Made by a program: the position numbers and the translations under genes. The notes under the pieces are model-generated. The model did no database searches, had not been told where the DNA came from, and saw only the letters and a program-made list of their open reading frames with translations. This document shows, piece by piece, positions 32,564 through 42,646 of a stretch of 64,000 nt of DNA. This DNA comes from Limisphaerales bacterium (lineage in GTDB: Bacteria > Verrucomicrobiota > Verrucomicrobiia > Limisphaerales > JAJOIW01). The stretch is from positions 160,001 through 224,000 of the forward strand of contig CBFHOE010000002.1 of NCBI GenBank assembly GCA_965657355.1, in the 5' to 3' direction. The first letter of the stretch is position 1, and every line of letters starts with the position of its first letter.

Positions 32564-33544
32564 ATGGAATCAAAACTGTTTCAGATTGCCAAAGACGGCA
32601 TGGCTACAAGATTTGAGTTTGCGTTGCATGGCAAACCAGATTCCTATTTGAGGTCTGCGTCGGAGGAAGCACTTGGTGAAATATCACGCGTTGAAAAAGC
32701 ACTAAATTATTATTCTCCTTCCAGTGAAATCTCACAAATTAACAGAGAAGCCACTGATGGTTGGGTGAAGATAAACCCGGAAACATTTCATCTCATTTCT
32801 CATTGTATTGAAATTTCGGAGAAAACGAGGGGACTTTTTGATATAGCAGTTTCTCCGCTGATAAAAATGTGGAACAAGGCGAAAGCATCCGATTCCATGC
32901 CATCGGATGCTCAAATTGAAAGCCATCTTGAATATTCAAATTCAAAAATTATTGAATTAAATAATAACAACTATTCCATACGATTTCTTCACCCGCATGC
33001 AGAGATTAATCTTGGGTCTATCGGAAAAGGTTTTGCTCTCCAATTAGCTTTCGAAATTCTCCAAGATTTGGAAGTACCGTGCGGTTTGATCCAAGGAGGG
33101 ACAAGTTCGATAATCGCCTGGGGGCAATCCCCGGAAAATAAGCCGTGGAAAATTGCCATTCAAAAGCCATCAACCACAAAAGAGTATTCAAGCTTTCAAC
33201 AGGAAGAATTGATCGATCCAGGGAATGAAAATCAATTTCTTACCATTGAGTCTCTGGACAATATATCATTGTCAGTTTCCTCAATATATGGACGTGGCTT
33301 TACCATTGAAGGGCATTATCTTGGCCATGTTATTGATCCCAAGTCCGGAAGGCCGGCAAACCTTGCTCAATTGTCTTCAATCAAACATAGAAACTGCAGC
33401 CTGTCCGACGCGCTCAGTACTGCGCTGCTCGTCGGGGGGCCGCAAATGATCACAGACATTGAAGAATATTACGAAACAGCTAACGGGATACTCCTGATGG
33501 ACGACGAAACGCCTCATATTTCTTTTCCTACGGGCAGCGAGTGA
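32564..33544 (+). CDS. apbE: FAD:protein FMN transferase
   Basis: MATRF, SEISQINR, GLFDI, LGSIGKGFA, GGTSS, GHVIDPKSGRP, DALSTAL. Confidence 0.88.
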   Translation: MESKLFQIAKDGMATRFEFALHGKPDSYLRSASEEALGEISRVEKALNYYSPSSEISQINREATDGWVKINPETFHLISHCIEISEKTRGLFDIAVSPLIKMWNKAKASDSMPSDAQIESHLEYSNSKIIELNNNNYSIRFLHPHAEINLGSIGKGFALQLAFEILQDLEVPCGLIQGGTSSIIAWGQSPENKPWKIAIQKPSTTKEYSSFQQEELIDPGNENQFLTIESLDNISLSVSSIYGRGFTIEGHYLGHVIDPKSGRPANLAQLSSIKHRNCSLSDALSTALLVGGPQMITDIEEYYETANGILLMDDETPHISFPTGSE

Positions 33545-33564
33545 AGTATCAGGATAAATAAGAA

Positions 33565-34464
33565 ATGAAAATTACAGTCCTGGGAAGTTTAAATATGGAC
33601 CTCGTGGCAAAGGTGGAAAAATCACCAAGGCCCGGAGAGACAATCCAAGGCAAGGATTTTCAAATTTATTGTGGGGGTAAAGGAGCTAATCAAGCATACG
33701 CTGCTGCAAAATTAGGTGGAGATGTGACCATGCTTGGACAAGTTGGAAAAGATGACTTCGGTGAGAAGCTGATACAGAATCTTTATGAGATTGGGATTAA
33801 TACCAAATTTGTAAGTGTTCATTCCTCAAAAAATACAGGAACAGCCATGATCGAAGTTGATGAGAATGGAGAAAATAGAATTATAGTTATTTCAGGAGCC
33901 AATGATATAGAGGAGTCTTTTGTAGAAAATCATTTGAATCTCATTTCTCAGGCTGACGTGCTCCTTCTTCAACTTGAAACACCAATGAAAGCAGTCAAAA
34001 AATCACTTGATCAAGCCTCAAAAATGAAGACTACGACGATTTTAGATCCAGCGCCGGCGAAACTCATTCCGGATGAGTGGTTTTCTCTCTTAGATTTTAT
34101 AACTCCCAATTTGTCTGAATTATCAACGATGACACAAACCCCACTTAATCAACTAATATCCACAGAAAAAATAAAAGAAGCAGCTCATAACTTGCTGAAC
34201 AAAGGGGTTGGGAATGTCATCGTCAAGATGGGAAATAAGGGAGCTTTGAAAGTTTGCCATGATGATTACTTTCTTTGCAGTGCCGATAAGGTGGATGCGG
34301 TGGATTCCACGGGTGCTGGTGACTGCTTTAATGGAGCATTGGCTTGCGAGCTGTCAAAAGGTAAAACCATAGATGAAGCATTGAAGTTTTCTGTAAAGGC
34401 TGCTTCTCAATCCGTGACTAAACCCGGGGCTCAGCCATCAATGCCTTTTCGCGAAGAACTTTAA
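33565..34464 (+). CDS. rbsK: Ribokinase
   Basis: GSLNMD, GGKGANQA, QLETP, PNLSE, DSTGAGDCFNG, GAQPSMP. Confidence 0.93.
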   Translation: MKITVLGSLNMDLVAKVEKSPRPGETIQGKDFQIYCGGKGANQAYAAAKLGGDVTMLGQVGKDDFGEKLIQNLYEIGINTKFVSVHSSKNTGTAMIEVDENGENRIIVISGANDIEESFVENHLNLISQADVLLLQLETPMKAVKKSLDQASKMKTTTILDPAPAKLIPDEWFSLLDFITPNLSELSTMTQTPLNQLISTEKIKEAAHNLLNKGVGNVIVKMGNKGALKVCHDDYFLCSADKVDAVDSTGAGDCFNGALACELSKGKTIDEALKFSVKAASQSVTKPGAQPSMPFREEL

Positions 34465-34483
34465 CCCCGCTGGCTCAAAACAG

Positions 34484-34510
34484 AAAAATCCCGGGTTGGG
34501 GCCCGGGATT
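34484..34510 (-). terminator. Intrinsic terminator between convergent genes
   Basis: AATCCCGGG/CCCGGGATT stem with A-run on + strand. Confidence 0.7.
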
Positions 34511-34543
34511 CAAATTGCAGGTTCTAAGTGAGCCTACTGGAAA

Positions 34544-36001
34544 CTAGACTTTGTCGATATCCGGGATCTGATACTCGGCGTTGTTAGCGTCTTTGAGCAA
34601 GGCATTTGCTTCATCGGCATGATCCCCAACATGCCTTTCTGTTTTGGGATCAAATGTAAGCCAAGGACCAACGACATAATCCTCTTCACCTTCTTTGATA
34701 CCTACCCCCTTAGACATGACATCATGAAGGCGACCAAAGTGCTCAGCTGCATCTTTGTTGCTTCCGAACTTACCAGCTTCTTTATTAAACTTAGCTGAGG
34801 CGCCAAGGCGATAAGAGTTGTTGATCAAGTGACCAACGACACAGGCGTAGTGAGCGTCATCCACATTGCCATTGGCCATTTCTGGCTTGTTAGCCCTGAT
34901 TGCCCGTATAAAGCTTCCCCAATTTCCTCCAGGAGTCACGTTTCCTGGTGGCAGATCTAGCTTCTCCCCTTTATCGCTCCCTTTAGCGTAATAGAGACCT
35001 CGGATAATTTTACCACCATCTTCGAAGTAGTATTCGTTTTCAACTTGGCGCTGATAACCGTCATAGTTGACATTTCTAACATTAAAGAAAAGCTGCTGTC
35101 CGTTTGGATACTCGGCAATACCGAACATCGTATTGGGAGTTTCGCCTTGATCTTTCCATTGGAACCGACCGCCAATAGCCATGGCTCGCACCGGGTGAGT
35201 CTGGTCCGTGTCCAAAGCCCAGCGAGCCACGTCGAGTTGGTGGGTTCCCTGGTTGTTTAATTCCCCATTACCAGCTGCCCAAAACCAGTGCCAATTGTAA
35301 TGGACATAATTCGCATGGAACTGATGGAGAACAGCCGGACCTTTCCAATGATTCCAATCTAGGTTGGCATGAGGAGGTGATGGCAATTTGTGCCCGATCC
35401 CACCACGTGGCTTACAGGCATAACCGTATGAAATCTTTAGCTTACCAAATTTCCCAGCTTGAATAGCCTCGTGAAGGCCAGCTATTGATTCACTACTGCG
35501 ACGCTGTGTCCCATGCTGAATGACCACACCATATTTCCTTTGGGCTTCAACAGCAACTCGACCTTCGACGACGTCATGACTCATGGGTTTTTCAACATAG
35601 ACGTGTTTGCCAGCCTGGGCTCCCCATATTGTCATTAGTGAATGCCAATGATTCGGTGTTGCAACGGTTATGGCATCGACATTCGGATCCTCAAGAGCAT
35701 AACGAATGTCTGAAATCCCTTTTGCTTTAGACTTTCCACCAAGCTTTTTATCCAAGCTCTTGAGAGAATTAGCCAAAACATTTGGATCCGGATCAACAAG
35801 GTAAGCAATCTCTACATTGGATTGCCCTAAAAACCCACCAATGTGACTACCACCACGGCCATTAACACCTGCTATTGCTAAACGAACACGATCATTAGCA
35901 CCTGCAACTTGCCCTGAGGCATTGGTCTTACATAAAACCATACCAGCAGAAGCCATCGCTGTGTTCGCCAGAAAACTACGACGAGTTAATTGATTTTTCA
36001 T
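34544..36001 (-). CDS. Tat-exported Gfo/Idh/MocA oxidoreductase (likely start ATG 36001)
   Basis: MKNQLTRRSFL; AGVNGRG, ATPNHWH, GKHVYVEKP, HYNWHWFW, NQGTHQLD. Confidence 0.92.
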   Translation of the reverse strand: MKNQLTRRSFLANTAMASAGMVLCKTNASGQVAGANDRVRLAIAGVNGRGGSHIGGFLGQSNVEIAYLVDPDPNVLANSLKSLDKKLGGKSKAKGISDIRYALEDPNVDAITVATPNHWHSLMTIWGAQAGKHVYVEKPMSHDVVEGRVAVEAQRKYGVVIQHGTQRRSSESIAGLHEAIQAGKFGKLKISYGYACKPRGGIGHKLPSPPHANLDWNHWKGPAVLHQFHANYVHYNWHWFWAAGNGELNNQGTHQLDVARWALDTDQTHPVRAMAIGGRFQWKDQGETPNTMFGIAEYPNGQQLFFNVRNVNYDGYQRQVENEYYFEDGGKIIRGLYYAKGSDKGEKLDLPPGNVTPGGNWGSFIRAIRANKPEMANGNVDDAHYACVVGHLINNSYRLGASAKFNKEAGKFGSNKDAAEHFGRLHDVMSKGVGIKEGEEDYVVGPWLTFDPKTERHVGDHADEANALLKDANNAEYQIPDIDKV

Positions 36002-36103
36002 AACTTTTGGAATTATGAAGATACTATCAACACCTATCGTTCTAAGCAAGAGGCTTAGAAATTTTGCGAGCAAACACGGAGATATACTGGATGTCACTCA
36101 GCC

Positions 36104-37267
36104 CTAGGCATGGGACTGAATCAAGTCGCGAAAATCGTCAAATAATGGTGCTGAATCATGTGGACCCGGGCTCGCCTCAGGGTGGTATTGAACACTGAAA
36201 ATTGGCTTTGATCGGTGACGTATTCCCTCAACGGTATTGTCATTCAGATTTGTTTTGTGAACAACCGCTATCTTCCTGATCGTCTCAAAATCAACTGCAA
36301 ACCCATGGTTTTGAGATGTAATCTCCACTTTTCCAGTATCCAAATCTTTGACGGGTTGATTGGCCCCGCGATGCCCAAATTTGAGCTTGAAGGTTTTGGC
36401 TCCCAAGGCTTGCGATAGAATTTGGTGTCCAAGACAAATTCCAAACACAGGAAATCCGTGAGCAACAACCTCTTTCACGCAACTCACTGCGTAATTCAAA
36501 GCAGCCGGGTCACCGGGCCCGTTCGATAAGAAGACGCCCGCTGGGTTATGCGATTTTATCTCTTCCAAAGATGCCGAAGCGGGTAGGACTGTGATTTGAA
36601 AGCCGGATCTCCGGAGCATTCTTAGTATGTTATATTTGATGCCGAAATCCAAAGCCACTATTGGAATATCCGCTGGAGGCAAGGGTAAACGCTTTTCCCT
36701 GGGGTTATCTCTCTCACTGCCCGAAACCAATTTAAACTCCGGACTTAAAGTGTCATCTGGGTCCCACTTAAAAGCGGATTTGTGGGTCACCTCTTTCACG
36801 TAATCTACGCCCAGTAGGCCTTCCCATGAGCGGGCCATTTCGATAGCTTCAGCTTCGGAAATGTCATCGGTGGAGAGAACTCCATTCATAGCACCTCTCA
36901 CGCGTAACTTTCTGGTCAGAGCCCTAGTGTCTACACCCGAAATTCCCGGGATATCATTTTGCTCCAGGTATTCCCCAAGAGCTTGATCAGACCTCCAATT
37001 ACTGACGACTCGCGAAAGCTCTCTAACGACAAAACCATGGACATGGGGTTTATAGGATTCGACATCCTGAGTGTTTACCCCGTAGTTCCCGATGAGTGGG
37101 TAAGTCATGGTGACCAGCTGCGCCTTATATGATGGATCTGTCAGAATTTCTTGATAACCCGTCATCGAAGTGTTGAAACAAACCTCCCCTACGGTTGATT
37201 TGTTGGCTCCAAATGCCGTCCCTTTGAATACGGAACCATCCTCTAAGGCTAATATTGCTCTCTTCAT
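36104..37267 (-). CDS. carA: Carbamoyl-phosphate synthase small subunit
   Basis: FNTSMTGYQEILTDPSY, SNGPGDP, GICLGHQ, QYHPEASPGPHD. Confidence 0.98.
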   Translation of the reverse strand: MKRAILALEDGSVFKGTAFGANKSTVGEVCFNTSMTGYQEILTDPSYKAQLVTMTYPLIGNYGVNTQDVESYKPHVHGFVVRELSRVVSNWRSDQALGEYLEQNDIPGISGVDTRALTRKLRVRGAMNGVLSTDDISEAEAIEMARSWEGLLGVDYVKEVTHKSAFKWDPDDTLSPEFKLVSGSERDNPREKRLPLPPADIPIVALDFGIKYNILRMLRRSGFQITVLPASASLEEIKSHNPAGVFLSNGPGDPAALNYAVSCVKEVVAHGFPVFGICLGHQILSQALGAKTFKLKFGHRGANQPVKDLDTGKVEITSQNHGFAVDFETIRKIAVVHKTNLNDNTVEGIRHRSKPIFSVQYHPEASPGPHDSAPLFDDFRDLIQSHA

Positions 37268-37432
37268 TGATTCTAAAAGCCGCAGCTTTTAAAAAAGTAT
37301 GGTTAACACATATGCATTTGAAATCAATGCAATATCGAATTTGATACTAAAAACTTTTTCCACCTCGCAATGGAGTATGGAAAAGAGATCCATTATCGAC
37401 CCAAAAACGGTTTGAATCGCAACGATTAGGGA

Positions 37433-38797
37433 TTAAATTTTGTGAACAATTTCTCCCCCCACGATCGTTGCTGTGGGCCGGCCTTTGATTGGCCAATTAT
37501 TGAAGGGGTTATTCCTTGAAAGGCTTGCGCATTCATCGGGATCAAAAACCCATTCCAGATCGGGATCGAAGACAGTGATATCCCCCAGAGACCCCGTCTT
37601 GAGATTTCCCCTATTTTCCCAATTTAGTAATTTTGCGGGACCCGTTGTAAACCGGGAGATGAGATCCATTAATCCCATTTTTCCAGAGTGAACAAGCTGC
37701 ATTAAAGAAATTCCCAATTGATTTTCGAGACCAGTTATACCGAATGGCGCATAGTCAAATTCTACTTCTTTTTCATAGTCACAGTGAGGGGCATGATCTG
37801 ATCCGATTATTTCAAGAGTTCCATCGGCAACAGCATCTAGAATAGCTTCTCGATCCTTGGCACTGCGCAAAGGCGGATTCATTTTGAAATGGGTATCATA
37901 AGAATCCCACGATGGGGCCATTTTCTTAATCTTTTCCCACATGAATAGATCTTTTCCATCTTCCGCCCAGAATTTCTCGCTACCAGCTATGGACGTATCC
38001 GTGAGAGTGAAGTGATGAGGGCAGGCCTCTCCGCTGATCGTCACCCCCCTTTTCTTTGCCTCTTTGATTAATCTCACTGATCCGACGGTACCGAGGTGCT
38101 GGCAGTGAACGTGAGTACCCGTTAATTCTGCGAGAAGTATATTGCGGGCAACAATAAGTTCCTCGCCAGCAGCAGGCCATCCTGCCAAACCAAGCCTCTG
38201 GCTCCAATATCCCTCATGCATCACACCATCCATGACAAGAGAGTAGTCCTGACAATGATCAAATACAGGAATGTTGAATTGCCTGGCATACTCCAGGGCC
38301 CTTCTCATTAAATCGTTGTTTTGGATGCAATGTCCGTCATCCGAAATGGCCACCACGCCAGCTTTATGCAGTGCCCCGATAGGAGCCAACTCTTCTCCCT
38401 TAATCTCAACAGTCAAAGCACCACATATTTCAACTCGAATCGGAGCAACTTCTTTAGCCCTGTCTTGGATTAGTGCAACAGTGCCTGCATTATCTATTCT
38501 AGGGTTTGTATTTGGCATGCAAACCACAGTTGTAAACCCCCCTCTCGCCGCTGCTGAGGCACCAGTCTGGATATTTTCCTTAGTGGTTTGACCCGGCTCT
38601 CTAAAATGAACGTGTATGTCAATCAGCCCAGGGGCTACAACCTTTCCATTGGCTTGAAAGACGGTTTCAGACTCAGATTTTTCAATATCACTCCCAACGC
38701 CAATAATTTTACCATTTTCAATGACTACATCAGTGACTTGATCTAAATTTTGGGATGGATCAATGACCCTGCCTCCTGAAACTCTCAAACGCTCCAT
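37433..38797 (-). CDS. pyrC: Dihydroorotase (type I)
   Basis: DIHVHFREPG, CMPNT.P, SDDG, CPHH, KMNPPLR, SDHAPH; adjacent to carA. Confidence 0.93.
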   Translation of the reverse strand: MERLRVSGGRVIDPSQNLDQVTDVVIENGKIIGVGSDIEKSESETVFQANGKVVAPGLIDIHVHFREPGQTTKENIQTGASAAARGGFTTVVCMPNTNPRIDNAGTVALIQDRAKEVAPIRVEICGALTVEIKGEELAPIGALHKAGVVAISDDGHCIQNNDLMRRALEYARQFNIPVFDHCQDYSLVMDGVMHEGYWSQRLGLAGWPAAGEELIVARNILLAELTGTHVHCQHLGTVGSVRLIKEAKKRGVTISGEACPHHFTLTDTSIAGSEKFWAEDGKDLFMWEKIKKMAPSWDSYDTHFKMNPPLRSAKDREAILDAVADGTLEIIGSDHAPHCDYEKEVEFDYAPFGITGLENQLGISLMQLVHSGKMGLMDLISRFTTGPAKLLNWENRGNLKTGSLGDITVFDPDLEWVFDPDECASLSRNNPFNNWPIKGRPTATIVGGEIVHKI

Positions 38798-38892
38798 ATC
38801 TGTTAAATCGTATCAAAATTTAGTTGACCAAGCAACGTTCGGCATTATCATTCATAGCCCATCAGGGAATCCTTCCCTGGGGAATATACGCC

Positions 38893-38966
38893 GCGGGTGT
38901 AGCTTAATGGTAAAGCCCCAGCCTTCCAAGCTGGTCATGAGGGTTCGATTCCCTTCACCCGCTCCA
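38893..38966 (+). tRNA. tRNA-Gly(TCC)
   Basis: GCGGGTG/CACCCGC acceptor, CCAGC-cTTCCAa-GCTGG anticodon arm, GGTTCGATT T-loop, encoded CCA; 74 nt. Confidence 0.97.
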
Positions 38967-39588
38967 TTAATTTTCAGCGAATTACACACTAGTGCTGGAA
39001 ATTAATAGAAACCTCTCCTTTAATCTTGGATTCTCCGAAGAGCGCCTCAAATCATTCGAACTATCTTCGAGCTCTGGTATACCCCCAGTAGTGATACGCT
39101 TCATCTAATCTTTGTCCTGATTACTCAAAAACGTTTTTCCTTGGGCATTTCAATCAGAATTAAAGGTAGCGAGATAGAAAACCAGATAGCCAACTTGTCG
39201 TGGTTGTATTAAGGCGTTGGCGTCAGGCATTGCAGCGACCAGCTTTGAAAAAGATTTAATTTCTGAGGTGGCAAAATATTTCAAAGCATTAATTTGAAAA
39301 TTTAATGGTAATTCTATTCATGAAGCCGACAGAGATGGAACCACTTCAGCGCAAATACTACAATCTGCATTTCCCGTTTTGCACCGATTGACTTGGCGGT
39401 AGGGGTGAGTCGTTCGATATGTAGCAATTTTTTTAATGTCGAACGTCACCCTAAACCAAATGTTCATGAAGTTCAGGGGAGAGCTTAATTTCAATAATAT
39501 TGGTTCTTGTTTTGGCTACGCGATAAATGAGTGAGCTGAATTAATTTTGACCTCGCCATTGTGTTAGGGTCTCTCGATAATAAACCTC

Positions 39589-39885
39589 GTGGAGATGTTT
39601 ATAAAAAAGCATCTTATATTTCTCAATTTTATCTGTTGCTTTCATACTTTTGGGGACCAGGCAGGTCGTCGCTTTGCAGAGAATGAACTTCACGCTCTTC
39701 CTTTGATCGAGATCACGGTTGGACTTGAGAATGCAGAAATTGTCGGCTCTGATAATCGGGCACTGCAAGCTTCAGCAGACTATACTGGCAACCTTGGAGT
39801 CGGAGCTGTAAAATAGATCCCGGAGAATCTCTCGTGCGAGATTCCTTGCATTTGTGCGGTCCTGTTACGATTCGACACGCCGTCC
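39589..39885 (+). pseudogene. Frameshifted, truncated N-terminus of a secreted right-handed beta-helix protein
   Basis: ITVGLENAEIVGSDNRALQASADY.GNLG.G.VK then, in a shifted frame, IDPGESLVRDSLHL.GPVTIR; runs into the 3' end of the pectate lyase gene. Confidence 0.65.
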
Positions 39886-39889
39886 AAGC

Positions 39890-41215
39890 TCACTTCTTAT
39901 TGGGGTCGGTGTTATTCAAAAACTCCTCTATGTTCGTATAACCATCGCCATCAGCATCCGATGCGCTAGTCCAAGATAGATCGTTTTTTGGATTGAACCT
40001 CCGTTCCCAAGTATCTGTCATGCCGTCTGCATCCGAATCAGTCGGCGCAGGCGCTGAATTGAGGACCGGCCAACCACCGACTTTGGATTGGCTGGAAATA
40101 ATTCCATCCCCAAATGTGGTTCGGCCGGTGCGGACCTCACGAATGATTCGTTTATCATGAGAATCCCTCTTAGGGAGTAGAGCTCCGGCTTGGTCCAACA
40201 CCTTCTCATAAGCAAGCTCCGGAGTATCTGTAAGAACGGGGGCAAATTCGACGGGACGGTCCACCAAAACCGAGGCCACTGTTCGCTTACGATCATCAAT
40301 AGTAATCAAGTCGTCCCCTTTGTTGATGCCCAAATGCGTCTCCAGCAAGTTTCCATTAACGTGCCACTTACCAAAACTTCCCGTGTCTAGGCACTGCATT
40401 TTAACAACACTCAGAAGCTCTCGGGACGCAGGTCCTGCCTTGTAGTAGTTGTTCACTACGTTTATGCTCTCAGGGCGGCCGTCAAGCCGACGCTTTTGCC
40501 AGTTGAAAATCACATTATTTCTAAAATCCAAATTAATAGTTGGGGCGCTAGTCTCTCCTGCAATGCTTGGATTTCGGCCCGCATTGTTCACGAATAGATT
40601 GTGATGGTATGAAGAGTTTGTCCCCCCCAATGATGCAGCAAAGCCATGACCATTGCGCAGCGGCGAATTATGAAGCGACTCAGAGATGAGGCACCATTGA
40701 ATGGTGATGTTCTTAGACCCATGGTAAGTATTGACCCCTTCATCTAAAGTCCAGCTCACTGAACAATGATCCACCATAACGTTCTCCGCGTTTGAGACAT
40801 CAATCCCGTCCATGAGTTTTCCTGCCTCATCTCCTAGCCGAACACGAAGAAATCGAACTACAGCATCATCCGCTGAAATATTTAGCGGAAAATTCCTGAG
40901 GCAAATACCATCGCCAGGGGCTGATTGTCCCGCAATGGTGATGCGAGGATTTAAAATGCGTAGCGTTGATTGCAACTTGATAGTCCCAGACACTTTAAAA
41001 ACAACGATTCTGGGACCTTCCGCTTCAACAGCTACTCGCAAGCTTCCCGGTCCACTGTCATTGAGATTAGTCACAAATTTTACTTCCCCACCGCGTCCCC
41101 CTTGTGAGAAACGACCAAAACCCTCAGCTCCAGGAAACGCCAATTGTGCTCCACAAATATTCGGAGTTGGAAAAGCGAAAAACAATAAAAGGCCAATTGC
41201 TAATAATCGAGACAT
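39890..41215 (-). CDS. Pectate lyase (PL1-like)
   Basis: AFPGAEGFG, GGRGG, VTNLNDSGPGSLR, IAGQSAPGDG, DHCSVSW..DE, RNP; C-terminal DSDADG/DADGDGYTNIEE. Confidence 0.92.
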   Translation of the reverse strand: MSRLLAIGLLLFFAFPTPNICGAQLAFPGAEGFGRFSQGGRGGEVKFVTNLNDSGPGSLRVAVEAEGPRIVVFKVSGTIKLQSTLRILNPRITIAGQSAPGDGICLRNFPLNISADDAVVRFLRVRLGDEAGKLMDGIDVSNAENVMVDHCSVSWTLDEGVNTYHGSKNITIQWCLISESLHNSPLRNGHGFAASLGGTNSSYHHNLFVNNAGRNPSIAGETSAPTINLDFRNNVIFNWQKRRLDGRPESINVVNNYYKAGPASRELLSVVKMQCLDTGSFGKWHVNGNLLETHLGINKGDDLITIDDRKRTVASVLVDRPVEFAPVLTDTPELAYEKVLDQAGALLPKRDSHDKRIIREVRTGRTTFGDGIISSQSKVGGWPVLNSAPAPTDSDADGMTDTWERRFNPKNDLSWTSASDADGDGYTNIEEFLNNTDPNKK

Positions 41216-41689
41216 GGTAAATTTTACGATTGGAAAGAGTCGTGTTTTTATACTCTAAATAAAGAAGTCACAAATAAAAAATAATTCACGGATGTACTAA
41301 ACCTGTGAGACTCCTTGAAAAAGAATGAGAAAAATGGGAATTGCACTTTCGAAGCCACTCATACATTAGAATTTTGATTGGGCGGTATGGGCCAAGAATT
41401 ATTATATTTTGGATAGCTAGAAATATTGAGCTGGAATCCGTATCAAAAGGTGGTTAAGGAATCGACAAATTTCGAATTGCCAATATGGTGACCTGGTCTG
41501 ACATACCAAAATACAACCAAGTCACTAGACAAATTCATGTTTCCTCGGATAGGGTTAGAGAATCGACACCTTCTGCACAGCCAGAACGAAAGTTGCAGAA
41601 AAACGAAGACAGCAAACATACCATTACAATAATAACGGAATCACCGATCTTAATTTAAAAAACACTTTGAATACGGCATCATCTCTCTT

Positions 41690-42646
41690 ATGAAAAATAA
41701 TCTAAACATCATTTCCAGCGACCTAATAAAAAAATTATTCCACAGGAGTATTCTTGCCCTCTGTTCTATCCTCGCTTTGAGTTCCGCTCAAAATAACGCA
41801 AAAGCACAACAGAAAAATTCTATACCAGCGATAACTTACGAAAATATATCCTATGGAGACCATCCCAATCAGGTTATCGATTTTCGAAGAGCTGATGTGG
41901 ATAACCCAGCGCCCTTAGTTGTTTTTATTCACGGAGGAGGCTTCACAGGAGGTTCACACGACAAAATTGATAACAAAGCTGTTCAACAATACCTCGATGC
42001 TGGCATTCACCATGCATCAGTAGAGTATCGCTTTCTTAAGCATGCCGACTTTCCAGCTGCTCATGAAGATTGTGTGCGGGCATTACAATTCATTCGCTCA
42101 AAATCTAAAGATTGGGGTATTGATAAAAATCGTATCGCTGGATACGGGGGATCTGCCGGGGCACAACTCGTTGCCTACTTGGCATGGGGAAATGATTTTG
42201 CCGACCCTAAAAGTGAAGATCCAATCTCGAGAGAATCATCGCGCCTAAAAGCCGTTGCTATGTGGGGAGGACAATCAACCCTTGACTTGGATTGGTGGGC
42301 CCAAAACATCCCTGGTTATAAAAGAGAATTCCACAACAAAAAAGAAAACGCGCGAAAAGATTTATCCCTGATTGAGAGGCGGGCACTTCTCAATGAGATA
42401 TCTGTCATTAACCACATTACTGCGGATGACCCACCTACTTTTATGAGCTACGGCATGAACCCGAATGACCCAATTCCAAGCAACTGGAAACGCGCTCGCG
42501 GTTGGGCTATTCATCACGTCAATTTTGGAATAGCAATGGAGGAAAAACTAAAACAAAATGGAGTTACTGTTTACCTTAATTATCCAAAATCCCCTAAAAA
42601 ATTTAAAGATCAAACCTCATTTCTCATTCATCACTTAAAAAAATAA
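41690..42646 (+). CDS. Secreted alpha/beta hydrolase (HSL-like esterase)
   Basis: FIHGGGF, GGSAGAQ nucleophile elbow, DDPP, IHH. Confidence 0.88.
   Translation: MKNNLNIISSDLIKKLFHRSILALCSILALSSAQNNAKAQQKNSIPAITYENISYGDHPNQVIDFRRADVDNPAPLVVFIHGGGFTGGSHDKIDNKAVQQYLDAGIHHASVEYRFLKHADFPAAHEDCVRALQFIRSKSKDWGIDKNRIAGYGGSAGAQLVAYLAWGNDFADPKSEDPISRESSRLKAVAMWGGQSTLDLDWWAQNIPGYKREFHNKKENARKDLSLIERRALLNEISVINHITADDPPTFMSYGMNPNDPIPSNWKRARGWAIHHVNFGIAMEEKLKQNGVTVYLNYPKSPKKFKDQTSFLIHHLKK

Noticed and set aside
37433..38797. Inactive PyrC' pseudo-dihydroorotase
   Set aside because: The HxH, His and Asp metal ligands all appear present.
38763..39005. 80-aa ORF over tRNA-Gly (and similar ORFs over tRNA-Phe)
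   Set aside because: They overlap clear tRNA genes.
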